DNA of 64,000 bases. Source: Malacoraja senta (Eukaryota). Positions 25,005-37,871 of the stretch are shown one piece after another. The stretch covers positions 15,626,001 to 15,690,000 of the forward strand of contig CM075989.1 of NCBI GenBank assembly GCA_038087875.1, given 5' to 3'. The notes beneath the pieces are model-generated. The model was not told the origin of the DNA. It searched no databases and saw only the letters and a program-made list of their open reading frames with translations. The position numbers were made by a program, and so were the translations under genes. Each line of letters starts with the position of its first letter. Position 1 is the stretch's first letter.

Positions 25005-26069
25005 GTAGGTTGTTGTCTGTTTCCAAAATGCAGCTGAGGTGCGTCTTACAAGTATTGTAAAATAATTGTTCTGTGATTATATTTAAGTTAAGACTACAAT
25101 GTAGGTCTCCATTATGCTGGAAATCTGAAACACAAATTGCTGGAAACTCCGCAAGTCAGGCAGCATCTGTAGAAAGAGAAGCAGACTTCACGCTTTGGGC
25201 CTTACCTAGCTCCTTTGTCAGAATTGGGAAAGTGAGAAAATTAGTTAGTTATCTGCTGCAGAAAAGCAGGCGGAGGATCGGGTAGAACGAAGGGAATACA
25301 GTATTTTTAACAGTGTGAGACCAAACTGGTTAAGGTGCCACTGTTGTTTCTTGCTAAGAACAGGGCTGCGGACATGGGAAAGGTGCCTGCAGGAGGTATG
25401 TTCTTTGGGTAATCCAGAGCTGCACTCAAGAGGCTGGCAGTCAGTGTCACGGAGGTCTCTATATTGGGATTTGGCAGTTTCCAGCTGTCCGCAGTTTATA
25501 GATGTCTGTGATGAAGACTGAGGCAATGCTCTCCTTGAGTATGGAGTTTCAGTGACCTCCTTCATACATTGTTAAGGTCTGTTGTGAGATGTAGCACAGA
25601 TCATCAGCCGTCTGGAGAGATCATTGGCTGGAGAACTGTGGCCCTGACCTACATGGATCAAGCAGTCAAGACATATGTGAGGTTAGATTCGAGGCCATAG
25701 ATCTCATCGAAGGCAAAGAATGCTGCTTGTAGCCCAGTTTCAGAAGAGACCAAATGGGTGTAAGGAGAGGTGTTCAACTCTATCACCTTTTCCTTTGAAG
25801 ATGGCCATGATCTTAACGTAATTATGGACATTTGCAGCTTAAAATGCCTTTGCTCACTGGTCAAGGTGGCTTAAATCAATTTGTTATTAGCAATTAATGT
25901 TAATAGAACAAGATTTTTACAACTTATATTTCACTAAAATCTCATGGGTAAAATATATTTCTTTGTTTCATACTTCTCACTGGTTCATTTCTTTGGTTCA
26001 CTGTTTAAAATAAAACCCGCATACTTCAGTGGTGGCAATTAATTGTTATTTTAACCATTTTATTTACAG

Positions 26070-26190
26070 ACGAAAAAATTCGTCAAAGGTTTCATCCTCA
26101 CTTCTAAACGATTATGAAAATGATTACAGTACAGATGAAGACAGTATCTATGACACAGATTTTAAACCATCAAGGGAAGGTGATTTGTAG
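26070..26190 (+). CDS. cgnl1: CGNL1 terminal coding exon (RKNSSKVSSSLLNDYENDYSTDEDSIYDTDFKPSREGDL*)
   Basis: TTTACAG acceptor, phase 2, TAG stop 26188-26190. Acidic tail resembles the recalled CGNL1 C-terminus (DDDLSTDGGSLYE). Confidence 0.85.
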
Positions 26191-26481
26191 GATCTCATCT
26201 AACCTGATGCTAAACAAAGTGACAAAGAGGGGAATTTAATAGGTTAATTAATATATCTTTCAAGAAATGACAATTAACTGTACCAGATGCTACATGTTTC
26301 TAAGTTTTAGTAACGAATCTCTCAATGATACTATTTGTCATGTGAAAGTATCTTTCAATACCTTTCTGTTGCCTCACCTGTAACGTACTGGGTTTGTGTA
26401 TTTGGAGCCATTTGAAGAATTAACAGAACGCCATATTTTCCTGCTCATTCATTTTGAAGAGAATTTAAAATCTATTTTTAA

Positions 26482-26487
26482 AATAAA
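26482..26487 (+). promoter_or_regulatory. Candidate polyadenylation signal AATAAA in the CGNL1 3' UTR (alternatives near 28291 and 28328)
   Basis: Hexamer about 290 bp after the stop codon in AT-rich sequence. Usage cannot be shown from sequence. Confidence 0.3.
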
Positions 26488-27920
26488 TTAGCAATTAGAT
26501 TTCAATGTGTGTGCAGGTTGTAAATACATTTAAACTACAAATATTTCTTTCCTTTAAGTTAAACTGTTACAGTGCCAACAATACCTACGGTTTCTTGGCC
26601 AAATTTTGCGTTCCATGTCATTTAGAGAAAACAATCACTTTTAATGTGCCTTTGATCATTTTCATCTCTGCTTTTGTCCACAGCTCATAATACAGCCATG
26701 CCACCATCACCGATACCCCTACATCCCATGAATTTCAGCTTCCCTTCAGTCCCTTCTCCACAGCCTCAGGTTATTGCCACCTGTTCTATAACCCCAGCAT
26801 CAACAGACCCTCCACCCCAGTCCTCTGGGGATTATTTTACCCTTCACCAAGTAGCCAGCCCGGTCAAATGAAACTGGCTTCTATGAAGGTGCATGTCACG
26901 AGTCACAATTGGGTAGCAACAAACTATCTGTGGAGGAACTCAGCGGATTCGAGCAGCATCTATGGGTGGAAAGGAATGGTCGATGTGTCGGGTTGAGACC
27001 TTGCATTAGGACTCGCATGTCGCAGGATTTCGACCCGAAGCGTTGACCACTCCTTCCTTCCCCACAGATGCTGCCCGACCCACTGAGATCCTCCAGCAGA
27101 TTACTTGTTGCTCCAGATTCCCGCATCTGCAGTCTCTTGTCTTCAAAATGTTGCGGCGTCAGTAGAAACCTACCTGTCTGAGTGTGCTGGCTACAACTCC
27201 TTCACCTCTCTGCCCTCTGTACCTCAGACATCCCATCAACTCCAACAAGCTGGTGCTTTTGCTTCTGATCCAGATGTAATACTTGTAGGGTTTCTTTTGG
27301 TTTGTTACACTGGAGAGGAAAAATGGACATGTGCAGTATGTAAACCTCTTTCTAACACTTCCTATACTGCTAGCAATGTTTAGAACTCTCCCTTGTAGAA
27401 TTCCCTTCCCCAGTCTTCCTTCCAGTCGCAGCCCCCTATTTCCTAGTGTGTTGGACTATTGGACAATCTCCATGTTGAATATCTGACAGCTGTGCCTGGA
27501 TTAGCTGGCCACTCTTCTCAGGGTCCCATCAGTCTGCCTGGGAAATGGCTCTATTTTTGTATCCATGAGAGCTGGAGGAAGTGTAAAACCTCTGGCTTCC
27601 AGCCTTTCCACCGCTTGCTCTCCATCTCCTTCATTATCAGGGTCATACTATCATGGGTCCACATTTGAGGGATAAGGATGCGACCCCTTTAGTGTTTAAT
27701 CATGCTCCAGAATGTCATGTGGAGGGGAAAAGAATTTAGACAAAATGTAACCGGAAGTCCAAGTGGTAAAGAATTTGATGGCGTCTTCATTTCTCTTCCA
27801 TGTGTAATTAAATTAATCTCAATCAAAAGTAAGAAGAAATTTGCATTTATTTTCAACAAGTGTTTTACTAGCGAGGAACACTTAAATTCTGCCTCTACCA
27901 TTGAATGTTTCTTTATATTA

Positions 27921-28120
27921 NNNNNNNNNNNNNNNNNNNNNNNNNNNNNNNNNNNNNNNNNNNNNNNNNNNNNNNNNNNNNNNNNNNNNNNNNNNNNNNN
28001 NNNNNNNNNNNNNNNNNNNNNNNNNNNNNNNNNNNNNNNNNNNNNNNNNNNNNNNNNNNNNNNNNNNNNNNNNNNNNNNNNNNNNNNNNNNNNNNNNNNN
28101 NNNNNNNNNNNNNNNNNNNN
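27921..28120. other. Assembly gap (200 N)
   Basis: Run of N; true size unknown. Confidence 1.
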
Positions 28121-28345
28121 GCAGTTAATTAATGCACTGAAAATGATTCTCACAAAATCTAAGCACGTTAATCGGTGTCTTGTGCATCATCTATGACTAA
28201 TATTTTAATGATTTGAAAATGATTATTGAAGAAATCCACAATGTTTGTTTCATTATATCGAGGTACATGCGCTGTTGTGTTTTTGTTTTAAATAAATTGT
28301 ATGCCTTTGGTATCAATGCCCTGAAAGAATAAATTTATATTTCAG

Positions 28346-28533
28346 GTAGACAAAAATGCTGGAGAAACTCAGCGGGTGCAGCAGCATCTATGGAGCGAAG
28401 GAAATAGGCAACGTTTCGGCCCGAAACGTTGCCTATTTCCTTCGCTCCATAGATGCTGCTGCACCCGCTGGGTTTCTCCAGCATTTTTGTCTACCTTCGA
28501 TTTTCCAGCATCTGCAGTTCCTTCTTAAAAACG
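28346..28533. repeat. Near-perfect palindromic copy (28344-28496) plus tail, with TSD
   Basis: Centre GGCAACGTTTCGG-C-CCGAAACGTTGCC; TATATTTCAG is duplicated at 28336-28345 and 28534-28543. Other palindromic copies at about 13470-13650, 14570-14765, 26925-27140, 40170-40340, 49905-50165 and 55455-55650. Confidence 0.88.
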
Positions 28534-30817
28534 TATATTTCAGTGTCTTCTCAAAGGCTCCCAAACATTGGCGTTAATCACGACTTACCACAGCGATTAG
28601 AGCTGCGAAATGATTAGTTAGTGGGTTGGTCTTGCTGATAGTGTACAGTCATTACTCTAACGCTGTGTCCGTGAGTTTCACTTGAACTTGCACAACTGGG
28701 TCATAAAACTCCGCAGTGCAGGTCCTCAGCAATGTCGATTGGAAACATTTCAACCCTCTAGTCTAACCAAGCAACCACCAGTAATTTTCTCTATGTTTGG
28801 GATGACAATTGAGGGACATGCTTTAAAATTTCCGATGTCAGAATTTCTGACAAAGAATGCTTGTTTAGATGAGGAGTTTGCACTCTCCATCTGATCAAGA
28901 GCGTGAGCAGGTGGTCTGTTTCTTGGGCTCTCTGGGTCTGGGATAGCCATGTCTCAAAGTGCTGCCATTTTACTCCGGGCTGCTTCCTTTTTTTACTCTG
29001 GAGAAGACGATGAATGGAGGCTGTACTTTTTCAAAGATGACCACCCTCGCTAGACACGGTGGCCACTCAAATTACACCTCCAGTTCGTGCATAGGTTTGA
29101 TACTGAAAGCCATCCATCGTCTTCTGTGCTGTACCTCAGCAAGGATGTCAGTAGAGGGGAGGGGGAAGATGTTTACAAATAGAGAGTTACTATCTTACAC
29201 AGTGTGTATCGATGGGCCTGTGGTGGTATAAATGTTGTATTAATGTGCCCCTCCATTTGTCATGGCATCTGCTGCACAGAGACAGGCCCTTCTGCCCACT
29301 CTGTACGGACTGTCCAACTCCCATTTACACTAAACCTACACTAATCTCATTTTATTCTCCTCGCGTCCCATTAATGCCCGAGATTCTACCCCTCGTCTAC
29401 ATACTGGGGGCGATTTACAGCAGCCAAATAACCGACCAGCTGGCTCATCTTTGGAATGTGAGAGGAAACTGGAGAACCCGGAGGAAACTCAACTGGTCAC
29501 GGGAAGAGCGAGCAGACTCCGCACAGACAGCACCAGAGGAGAGAATCAAGCCCGAGTCACTGGAGCTGAAAGGCAGCAACTCTACTGCGCCACTGTGCTG
29601 TATTTTTCGTAGCCCTCTAGTCAGTAGCAGTATACTAATTTCTACTCATTTTTAATCTCTTAATTGGCAAACTCTGCCTCCTGAATATTTATTTTATTCT
29701 GCTATGCGATCAGTATTAAAAACGTGAAGGCAAAGCGTCTGTAGCTGCTCCGTGGAACGCTCCTTCCCTGAGTGCTGCAAAGATCATTCTCTGTACTAAC
29801 CCTGCAGAACTGCGCTGATGATAATAAGCAGCCAAAAACATTCAAGCCTAATGAATAGATGAGGTTTTGTTTGGAGTCTGTGGACAAGGTGAAACCTGGA
29901 GCTTTGCCAGAGTATCTGTTTGAAGTTTGCTGGCTCCTGTTTGTAGGCAAGCACAGATGTACACTTGAGTGGGTTTGGTGAGTGACATTGAGATGCCTGA
30001 GACTGTAAGCTGCTAACAGGACAGCAGACACAGCCTTCTCCACAGAGGAGATTGTGCTGAAAAATTGGGTCATCACATCCTCCACATGGGCAAGGGAAAA
30101 AGAACTAATCAATCACCAACCTCAGGTGAATTGTCCTGTCATTTACAACATGTGGACAGCAAGCACAGATAGAGCAGTGGCAAGGTCCTGCTTGAATCAA
30201 TATCCGAGTCCCTCTGCTCTCTGCATTAAAGTGGCAGCGTAATAACGGCATCAAGTCATAGTAGCTGGTGGGACTAAATCATTTTTTATTTAAAGTACAT
30301 AAAAAATATACTATTGTTAAATCAATGTATTCTATGTACTGTGGCAACATTCTTTATGGTGACGTTTAAAAAAAAATTGGAATACAAATTAATCAGAAAT
30401 GATTTCTTGACACGTGCCAGCGGGAAAGAACAAACGTTTTGCAAGATTGAGGATATTGAGCTGAGTGAAGGGCAGAGTTAATAACATGTTAGTCTAAAAA
30501 CTTCAATATAACTGAAGTAAAGTTGATTGTCCAAAACACATGAAGATGTGTGGGAGGTTCTGCATGATATAAGCGAGCACTAGATGGAGAGGGGGAGTTA
30601 AAGAGGTTTTAGACTTGTAATGTGTTTCTTTGCTGTCTAATGATCGGGGGAGGGGGGGGGGGGGGGGGGGGTCAGTGACATGGGACCGTTGGCTTAACAC
30701 CATCTCCACCTGAGTGGGAGAAGGTATTGAGAGAAAGGCAGAGCCAGGAAGTTAAAGTATGGCTCGGGACATTGCTGAAGGGAAGGCTATTGCATCTTGG
30801 ATGGGAAACTGAATCGT

Positions 30818-31100
30818 TTTAGTTTATTGTCACGTGTACCGAGGGACAAGTGAAAAGATTTTATGCAATCCAGTCAAAGAAACGACGATACCTGGATACA
30901 AAGCTGTCCACAGTGCACAGATAAAGGATAAAAGTTATAACATTTAGTGCAGGATATAACAATGAAGTCCAATAAAGTCCAAATAAAGATTGTTTAAAGG
31001 TCTCCAGTGAGGTTGATGGGAGGTCAGGGCTGAACTTTAGCTAATTAGAGGACCTTTCAGTTGGCTGATAACAACTGGGAAGAAACTGTTCCTGAATCGG
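30818..31100 (-). mobile_element. Rex1/Babar-like LINE 3' end
   Basis: - strand encodes RFRNSFFPVVISQLK, followed by a UTR ending ...CACGTGACAATAAACTAAA. Related pieces at about 4425-4585, 13840-14065, 31795-32540, 34345-34410 and 42850-43105. Confidence 0.65.
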
Positions 31101-31185
31101 GACCAAAATTGGTTTGAGTTAAAAGGAGATTGGGATCTATGGAGTGAACAAGTAAATGTACACAACTGGCAAAACATCTCCGTAA

Positions 31186-31486
31186 CGATGGCGCAGTGGT
31201 AGAGCTTCTACCTTACAGCGCCAGAGACCCGAGATTGATCCTGGTGCTTGTCTGTATGGAATTTGTACGTTCTCCCCGTGACCTGCGTGGATTTTCTCTG
31301 GGATCTTCGGTCTTCACCCACACTCCAAAGACATACAGGTTTGTAGGTTAATTGGCTTGGCATAAATGTAAATTGTCCCTAGTGTGTGTAGGATAGTGTT
31401 AGTGTGCGGGGATCGCTGGTCGGTGCGGACTCGGTGGGCCAAAGGGCCTGTGTCTGCGCTGTTTCTCTTAACTAAACTAAACTAAA
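31186..31486 (+). mobile_element. HE1/V-SINE-like SINE, near full length
   Basis: TGGCGCAGTGGTAGAGC A-box-like head, V-domain-like core, GGGCCAAAGGGCCTG tail and (ACTAA)n end. Further copies at about 14836-15100 (+), 29275-29600 (-), 32726-33000 (+), 48450-48753 (-), 52590-52760 (+), 60146-60437 (-) and 63325-63430 (+). Confidence 0.8.
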
Positions 31487-32052
31487 TGCTGGCAAGTGGG
31501 ATTCGTATAGATAAACACCAGTCGATGTAGCAATCCATGGTGTAGTGGTCCAGTTTTCATGAATATTTTAACAATAAATAATCTCATCAATAAATGAATG
31601 ATGGTTCTGTAATTCCACATTTCCACAAAGTTAGCACACAAAATCCGAAACAAAACCAGGTACCTGAAGCTGTGAGGGGGTAACTCTATCAACAGCACCA
31701 CCCTCACATGTGAGCAAACAGCCGTGTATTAGCACTGCCCCACCCAATGGAATCAGGCCAACAGAATGTGTAAGAGAGAATTACCTGCAGTCGTAGCTGA
31801 TTTATTATTGTCACGTGTACTGAGATATAGTGGCAATATTTGTTTGCGTTGCTATCCAGTCAAATTATACTATACATGAGTGCAATCAAACAGGTAGTTC
31901 AAAGAGAAAATACCAGAGTGCAGACAACAGTGTCACAGCTGCAGAGAAACTGCAAGAAAAAAAAGTACAATGTCAATAGTGAGGTAGGTTGGGAGATCAG
32001 GACCACAACCTAACTTATGAGAGGAGAGTTCAGTAGTTTGATAACAGCAGGA

Positions 32053-32493
32053 ATATGCTGAGAGAATGGAGTGGCTGGGCATGTATACTCTGGAATTTAG
32101 GATGAGAGGGGATCTTATTGAAACATGTACGATTATGGAGGGTTTGGACACACTAGAGGCAGGAAACATGTTCCCGATGTTGGGGGAGTCCAGAACCACG
32201 GGCCACAGTTTAAGAGGTAAGCCATTTAGAACGGAGACGAGAAAACACTTTTTCTCACAGAGAGTTGTGAGTCTGTGGAATTCTAGGCCTCAGAGGGCGG
32301 TGGAGGCCGGTTCTCTGGATACTTTCAAGAGAGAGCTAGATAGGGCTCTTAAAGATAGCGGAGTCAGGGGATATGGGGAGAAGGCAGGAACAGGGTACTG
32401 ATTGGGGATGATCAGCTATGATCACATTGAATGGCGGTGTTGGCTCGAAGGGCCGAATGGCCTACTCCGGCACCTATTATCTATTGTCTATTG
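32053..32493 (+). mobile_element. CR1 LINE 3' end nested in a Rex1/Babar-like remnant
   Basis: ORF 32066-32401 (LEFRMRGDLIET...FFSQRVVSLWNS) and (CTATTGT)n tail. Other CR1 3' pieces near 33670-34050, 37060-37500, 38640-38945, 41935-42032, 43250-43420, 48020-48155, 49520-49880, 53330-53545 and 54600-54895. Confidence 0.85.
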
Positions 32494-34632
32494 AAAGAAG
32501 CTGTTCCATAATCTGGTGGTACTTGCTTTCAAGCTTTTGTGTCTTTTAAGTCCCTGGAAAATGTGTGCTGTTTCCCATCTCTCAGGAGGTGTGTGTCAAT
32601 AAAGAAGGCAGTGATGAATAAAGTAACTGTGCCTTCAGTCTGCCAGAGTAACCTCTGGTCCATTAACGTTGAGGCTGTTTACAGATCAACACCTCAGATC
32701 TGGCAAAAAAGAAACTCATGGACTTGGGGCGGCACAGTGGCGCAGCAGGTAGAGCTGCTGCCACATGTTGCCAGAGACCCAGGTTCAATCCTGACCTGTA
32801 CATTCTCCCTGTAACAGTGTGTTTTCCTCCCACATCTCAAATTTGTGCGGGTTTGTAGGTTAATTAGTCTCTGTAAAATTGCTCCCAGCGTATAGGGTAC
32901 GGATGAAAAAGTGGGATAGCACAGATCTAGCGTGAAAGGATGATCAATGGATAGCGTGGACTTCCCACCAAGTGGCCTGTTTCCCTGTTGTGTCTCTAAA
33001 ATAATTCAACAACAGTGGTACTGTCTCTTGTGCTTCTGAGAACTGGATTACCTGCAGGCATCTCAAGGCAATGGAAAAGTATCAGCAATCCTCTCTCTGT
33101 ATAAACCTCCCATACTCTGGGAGGATAAGCAAACCTGTGTCCGCGTCTTCTCCCAAGCCCAATGTTCCCAACACTGAAGCCCAGGTTAATTTGCTACATT
33201 GCGCAGGTCACTTTGTTTACCATGTTGCCACCGACTCCCAGGAACCTCTGGCCCATGACTGCTCAACGTGGAGAAGGGGCATTAAACCTTTTATTGGGAA
33301 CCCGAGGTTATTGTTTGGGAACACACAGAAGCCCAGTGTAAATGGCTAAAGGGGACATCAACATCGCCAACTACTGATCAGCTGCCTTCTTAGACGTCTG
33401 TGGAGGAGTCTATAATTCCCACACTGGCCACAGATCCTACAGAACCAGAGTGAACGCAAGTCATCCATCCCAAGAAACTGTCCAAGTACAAGACTCATTT
33501 CATAATCACATTCTGATTCGCCTTCCTATTGTGTGGCCCGTGGTTTCTATCAGTAGCGCCGATAACTTGCAGTAATCTTGTGTCAGTTCAGCAGCAAGAT
33601 GATCCCCATAATGGCATCTGTTGCTAAAGGATCAGATATTTGAATGCAGTTTGAATGCAGAATGCAGGGAGCAGGTGGATAGACTTGGATTGTTCCCTCT
33701 AGAACATTGGAGGCTACAGGGAGACCTGATAAATGTATATAAAATGATGACAGCTATAGATAGGGTAGACATTCAGAACCTTTTACATAGGATGGAAAAA
33801 AATCAAATACTAGAGGGCATGACTTAAAGGTGAGGTGAGGGCCTGGAATGTGTTGCCAAGGATGGTGGTTGAGGCAGATACAACAGTATGATAGTGGCAT
33901 TAAAGACACTTTTGGACAGGCATATGGATATGCAGGAAAAATTGAGGAATATGGATTATGTGCAGGCAGATCAGGGTTGGTCTTGGTTTAATGTTTGGCA
34001 CAGACATTGTGGGCTGAAGGGCCTGTCCTTGCACTGTATTCTTCTATGGTCTATTAATCTCACATCCTCACACTGATGTTCCTTCAAAGGTCACCTAATC
34101 CAACAAAGAATGTAGTTTTAGTCTGCCCCATTACGGGTTGAAATATTTTATATTCATACATACCTATACAATTATATATACATACCTTAAAATTAATCAG
34201 CATGTGGAATCAGAAACACCTTTATGTGCTTGAAAGACTTTACCCTCATTAAACAGGAAATGTAAAAAAAATTCAAAATATTTCTGCAGCGATACTAAAT
34301 AAAGAAGCTACACAAACACTTTGGGCATTTACACGTCAAATACAGGTTTAGTTTAGTTCATTATTGTCATGTGTACGGTATAGTGAAAAGCTTTTGTTTG
34401 TGAGGCTACCATGGTACTGGTGGAATCTTCAGACTTGGGGCCTGAGGAAAAGGGAATTGGTTGCTGAATAGTGCCCTGTTTATATATCTTGAGTCCCTAG
34501 TCTTCCCCAGCATTGCTGCCTTGGGCAATGTAACAGGACCCCACTACTCCCGGAGTTAAGCTGCATGTAGTGGTAGGAATGGGCAGATGAAGGGAGGAAC
34601 ACGGTCACTGTGGAATGGACTTATTGCCATCA

Positions 34633-34905
34633 GCCCCACAACCCCTCATCTCCCTCCTCCCACAACCCCCACAACCCCACACCCCACCTCCCACAACCCC
34701 ATTACCACAACCCCTCATCCCCCACCTCCCACACCCCCACACCACCACACCCCACCACAACCCCTCGTCCCCCACCTTCCACAACCCCCATACCACACCC
34801 CCCACAACCCCTCATCTCCCTCCTCCCACAACCCCCACAACCCCACACCCCACCTCCCACAACCCCCATACCACATCCCCTCGTCCCTCACCTCCCACAC
34901 CCCAC
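34633..34905. repeat. C-rich minisatellite / low-complexity tandem repeat
   Basis: Reiterated CCCCACAACCCC, CCCCACCTCCCA and CCCCTCATC units. Confidence 0.9.
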
Positions 34906-37377
34906 GGTGGTATGTGTTGAATCTGAATGTCAGTGGATTAGATAATAAAATACTGAACGATTCTTACATTCTATTTTTAACAGCTGAAAATATGTGGACC
35001 TGCAAGTCTTCTGGCAGTTTCTATTACGTTGGTTCTGGACCAACAGAGAGTACAATAATTATAAATTGTCAGCACACGAACTTTGCTTATTCATTGCAGC
35101 CACAGTTACTCCAAACCAGCTGGTTAAACCTGATAACCTTGAAACAACATCAGAAATTAAAGTTAATTTATTTTCTCCCTTTCCCAGTTTTGAAGAAGAA
35201 TCTGGGATGTGAAATGTTTACTCTTGTTTCTCTTTCTCTCTCCACAGACGCTGCCTGTTTCTGACATTTATTTTCTTTATTCCACCATTTCCAATGCAGA
35301 CAGCATGGCAGTATCCCACTTACACGATCAACCAGCACAAAAACTCTTTTCATTGACTTATAATTGACTTACAGCCAAAGTCTACATACACAAGGAGACA
35401 CAAGAGACCACAGATGATGGAACCTCGAGCAAAAAAACCAAACTGCCGGGGAAAATCAGTGGGTCAGGCAGCATCTGAGATTGGAAATGGAAATGACATT
35501 TCAGACCATGACCCTTCTTCAGACATGTGGAGTAGAGGGGAGATAGCTGGTAGAAAGAGGCGAGGGGAAGGGGTGGGAAAAGAGGTGGCAAGTCAGGAAG
35601 AGTTAATTGGCAGATGAGAGAAGGGTGGAGATAGAAAGACGCTGGAGGCGGAGAAGGCAAAAGGGTGCAGGTGTTGGACCCTAGATCAGGAAGGAATGTA
35701 GGGAGTGAAATGTAGAACGAGAGAGAGGGAGAGTGGATGGAATTGAACCTACCCTGCCCACAAAAACCTTGCGTTCCACTCTCACAGCCTCGTCACCCAG
35801 TTATTTTTCCCTCCTCCACCCACTCATCTCCTATCCCTCTCTACTCCATTTTCCTTCCCCTCTCCCCCCACCTATCCACCATCCCTCCCTCTGGTTTTAC
35901 ATTTCACTCCACACTCGCCTTCCTCGTCAGTTTCTACAATCTAAACCCTTTTGTCTTCTCCACCTCCAGCCTTGGTTAGTGTCTCCACCTTCTCCCATCC
36001 TCCTGACTCAATCCTCCCCTGGATACACCTGTCACTTGCCAGATATTCACCCACCTCTTTCCATCAGATATCTCCTCTCAACTTCATCAGACTGAAGGAT
36101 CCTGACCCAAACATTATCTGTCCACTTCTCTCCACAGATGCTGCCTGATCTGTTGTGTTCCACTAGCACTTTATTTTCTGCTCTGTGTATACAGGCCTGT
36201 ACCATGTAAATGTTTGCTGTAGTTTAAAATCATATGTGCAAATCATATGACAAGATTATTCACATTCTCCTCTGTCTGCACCCATTCCTTCCTCTGGCTT
36301 CACAATTTGCAACTCTTCATTCAGTCACACAGCAATCTCTGGCCTTTATTCCAACCATGCGGCTATCAACCCCGCCTCTGTCCCACCCCCTCGCCTATGT
36401 CCACCTATTGCCTTCCACACTTTGTCCTGCCCCTGCCTCTTCTTTTCCCAGCTTTCTCTACCACCTCCATCCAACCAACAATCAGTCTGAAAAAGGTCCC
36501 AACCCGAAACATCAACTATCCATGTTCTCCAGAGATGCTGCCTGACCCATCGAGTTACTCCGGCATTTTGTGTCCATCTTTGGAATAAACCAGCAGCTGC
36601 TGTTCCTTTTGCCTACCACTGACTAACCAAGGCCAAGTAGGGTATCTCCCTCCTGAAGCAGAAACAACGCTCTGAATGGTCTCTCAAGCAGAGCAGTGGA
36701 AGCAACAAGCCTGCAATATTTACAGTCCATTTGGACGAGTCGCTCTTGGGAGATGGAATGAGGGACCTTTGAAATCGTGTGATCTTAGTTGTATTTGGCC
36801 ATGGATGGATGGGACCTTTAGCATGTTGCTTTGCTTGCATTTGGTTCTCATTTGTGGGATTTTAGTGTATCCGTTTCTTCACCAGTTCGTTATTTGGTCG
36901 GGCCCATTGCTAGGATGGGAGTGACGCTGACAATATCTTTCGCCCTCTGAAATCGAAGGTCGTCTGAATGTCCTGCAAGAGTTGGCACCTGTATAAGCGG
37001 CAGCCTGACCTGACCCACTGTGGTTCGGCTGTGCAGCCGTTGCTGCTGTAATGTGGCCACAGCTGATAAACTGTACAGTGTTTTTGCCAAGACCACGTCA
37101 TGGCAATGTGAGCAGGTTTGGTCTCCCCACCTCCAGAAGGATACTTTTATCTTGAAGCCGGTGCACTGTAGATGCACCGGACTGATTCCTGGGATGAAAG
37201 TATCGTTTTGTGAAGAAAGGACTGAGTAAAAGGTTTTCTGCAGAGTAAGAAAGCGGGAGGTGTTGCCATTGAGATCTGCAAGCTTCCGAGGGAGTTGATG
37301 AGGTAAATACTGTTAGGTCATTTCCATTAACTGCAGTTAGGAGAGATGGGAGAAGGGGCAAGTCTCTCAAGTTTGGA

Positions 37378-37871
37378 GGAGAGCTTCCTTTGTGCACAGG
37401 ATTGAAATCTATTGAGTTTCTTACTTGGGGCGTTGAAGGCTGCTCAGTCACTTGACGTGTTTATGGCTCGGAATCTTGGACTCAGAGGATGTGGTGATTA
37501 GGTAGGAATGTTGATAAGACACAATGGCAGAGTAGATGTGACCAAATCTGCCTGTGTTTCTGAACCACTTGGTGATTTTTGAGTTTACCTCAAGTTGAAG
37601 GTCAACATTATAGAACATCACAAGCAGAATTTCCATAAACGTGCAACTGAGGTTTATATGGTCAGATCTAGGTTGTTAATCTGCAATGCAAATTCCCTTG
37701 TAGCTACCATAGTTACATCATGGCATGAAAGCTCAGTGTTAAAACTTTAAATCACCACATCCTCTGAGTCCAAGATTTCGAGCCATAAACACGTCCAGTG
37801 ACTGAGCAGCCTTCAACGCCCCAAGTAAAAAACTCAATAGATTTCAATCCTGTGCGCAAAGGAAGCTCTCC
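37378..37871. repeat. Inverted duplication: 122 bp arms (37378-37499, 37750-37871) with a 250 bp spacer
   Basis: Arms are reverse complements with 4 mismatches by manual count. Confidence 0.9.

Noticed and set aside
112..26190. Assignment as myosin heavy chain or cingulin (CGN), or as a CGNL1 pseudogene
   Set aside because: The peptides and the MYZAP neighbour fit CGNL1 better. The only lesion is in a homopolymer, and all splice sites and other exons are intact.
27689..28196. ORFs of 75-164 aa containing X runs
   Set aside because: They merely read through the 200-N gap.
28722..28780. Possible MYZAP exon 2 (…QQCRLETFQPSSLTKQPP|GTAATT)
   Set aside because: Only a three-residue resemblance (CRL), a poor acceptor and no supporting upstream exon.
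6046..30670. Poly-G/C runs as functional G-quadruplexes (e.g. 6046, 9070, 9237, 16297, 30646)
   Set aside because: Simple homopolymers common throughout the window, with unreliable length and no contextual evidence of function.
31186..31260. tRNA gene-like sequence
   Set aside because: Head of a tRNA-derived SINE, continuous with the SINE body and tail; no complete cloverleaf.
34587..35264. 225-aa Pro/Thr/His-rich ORF and overlapping ORFs
   Set aside because: Product of a C-rich minisatellite that lacks stops in several frames; no splice or homology support.
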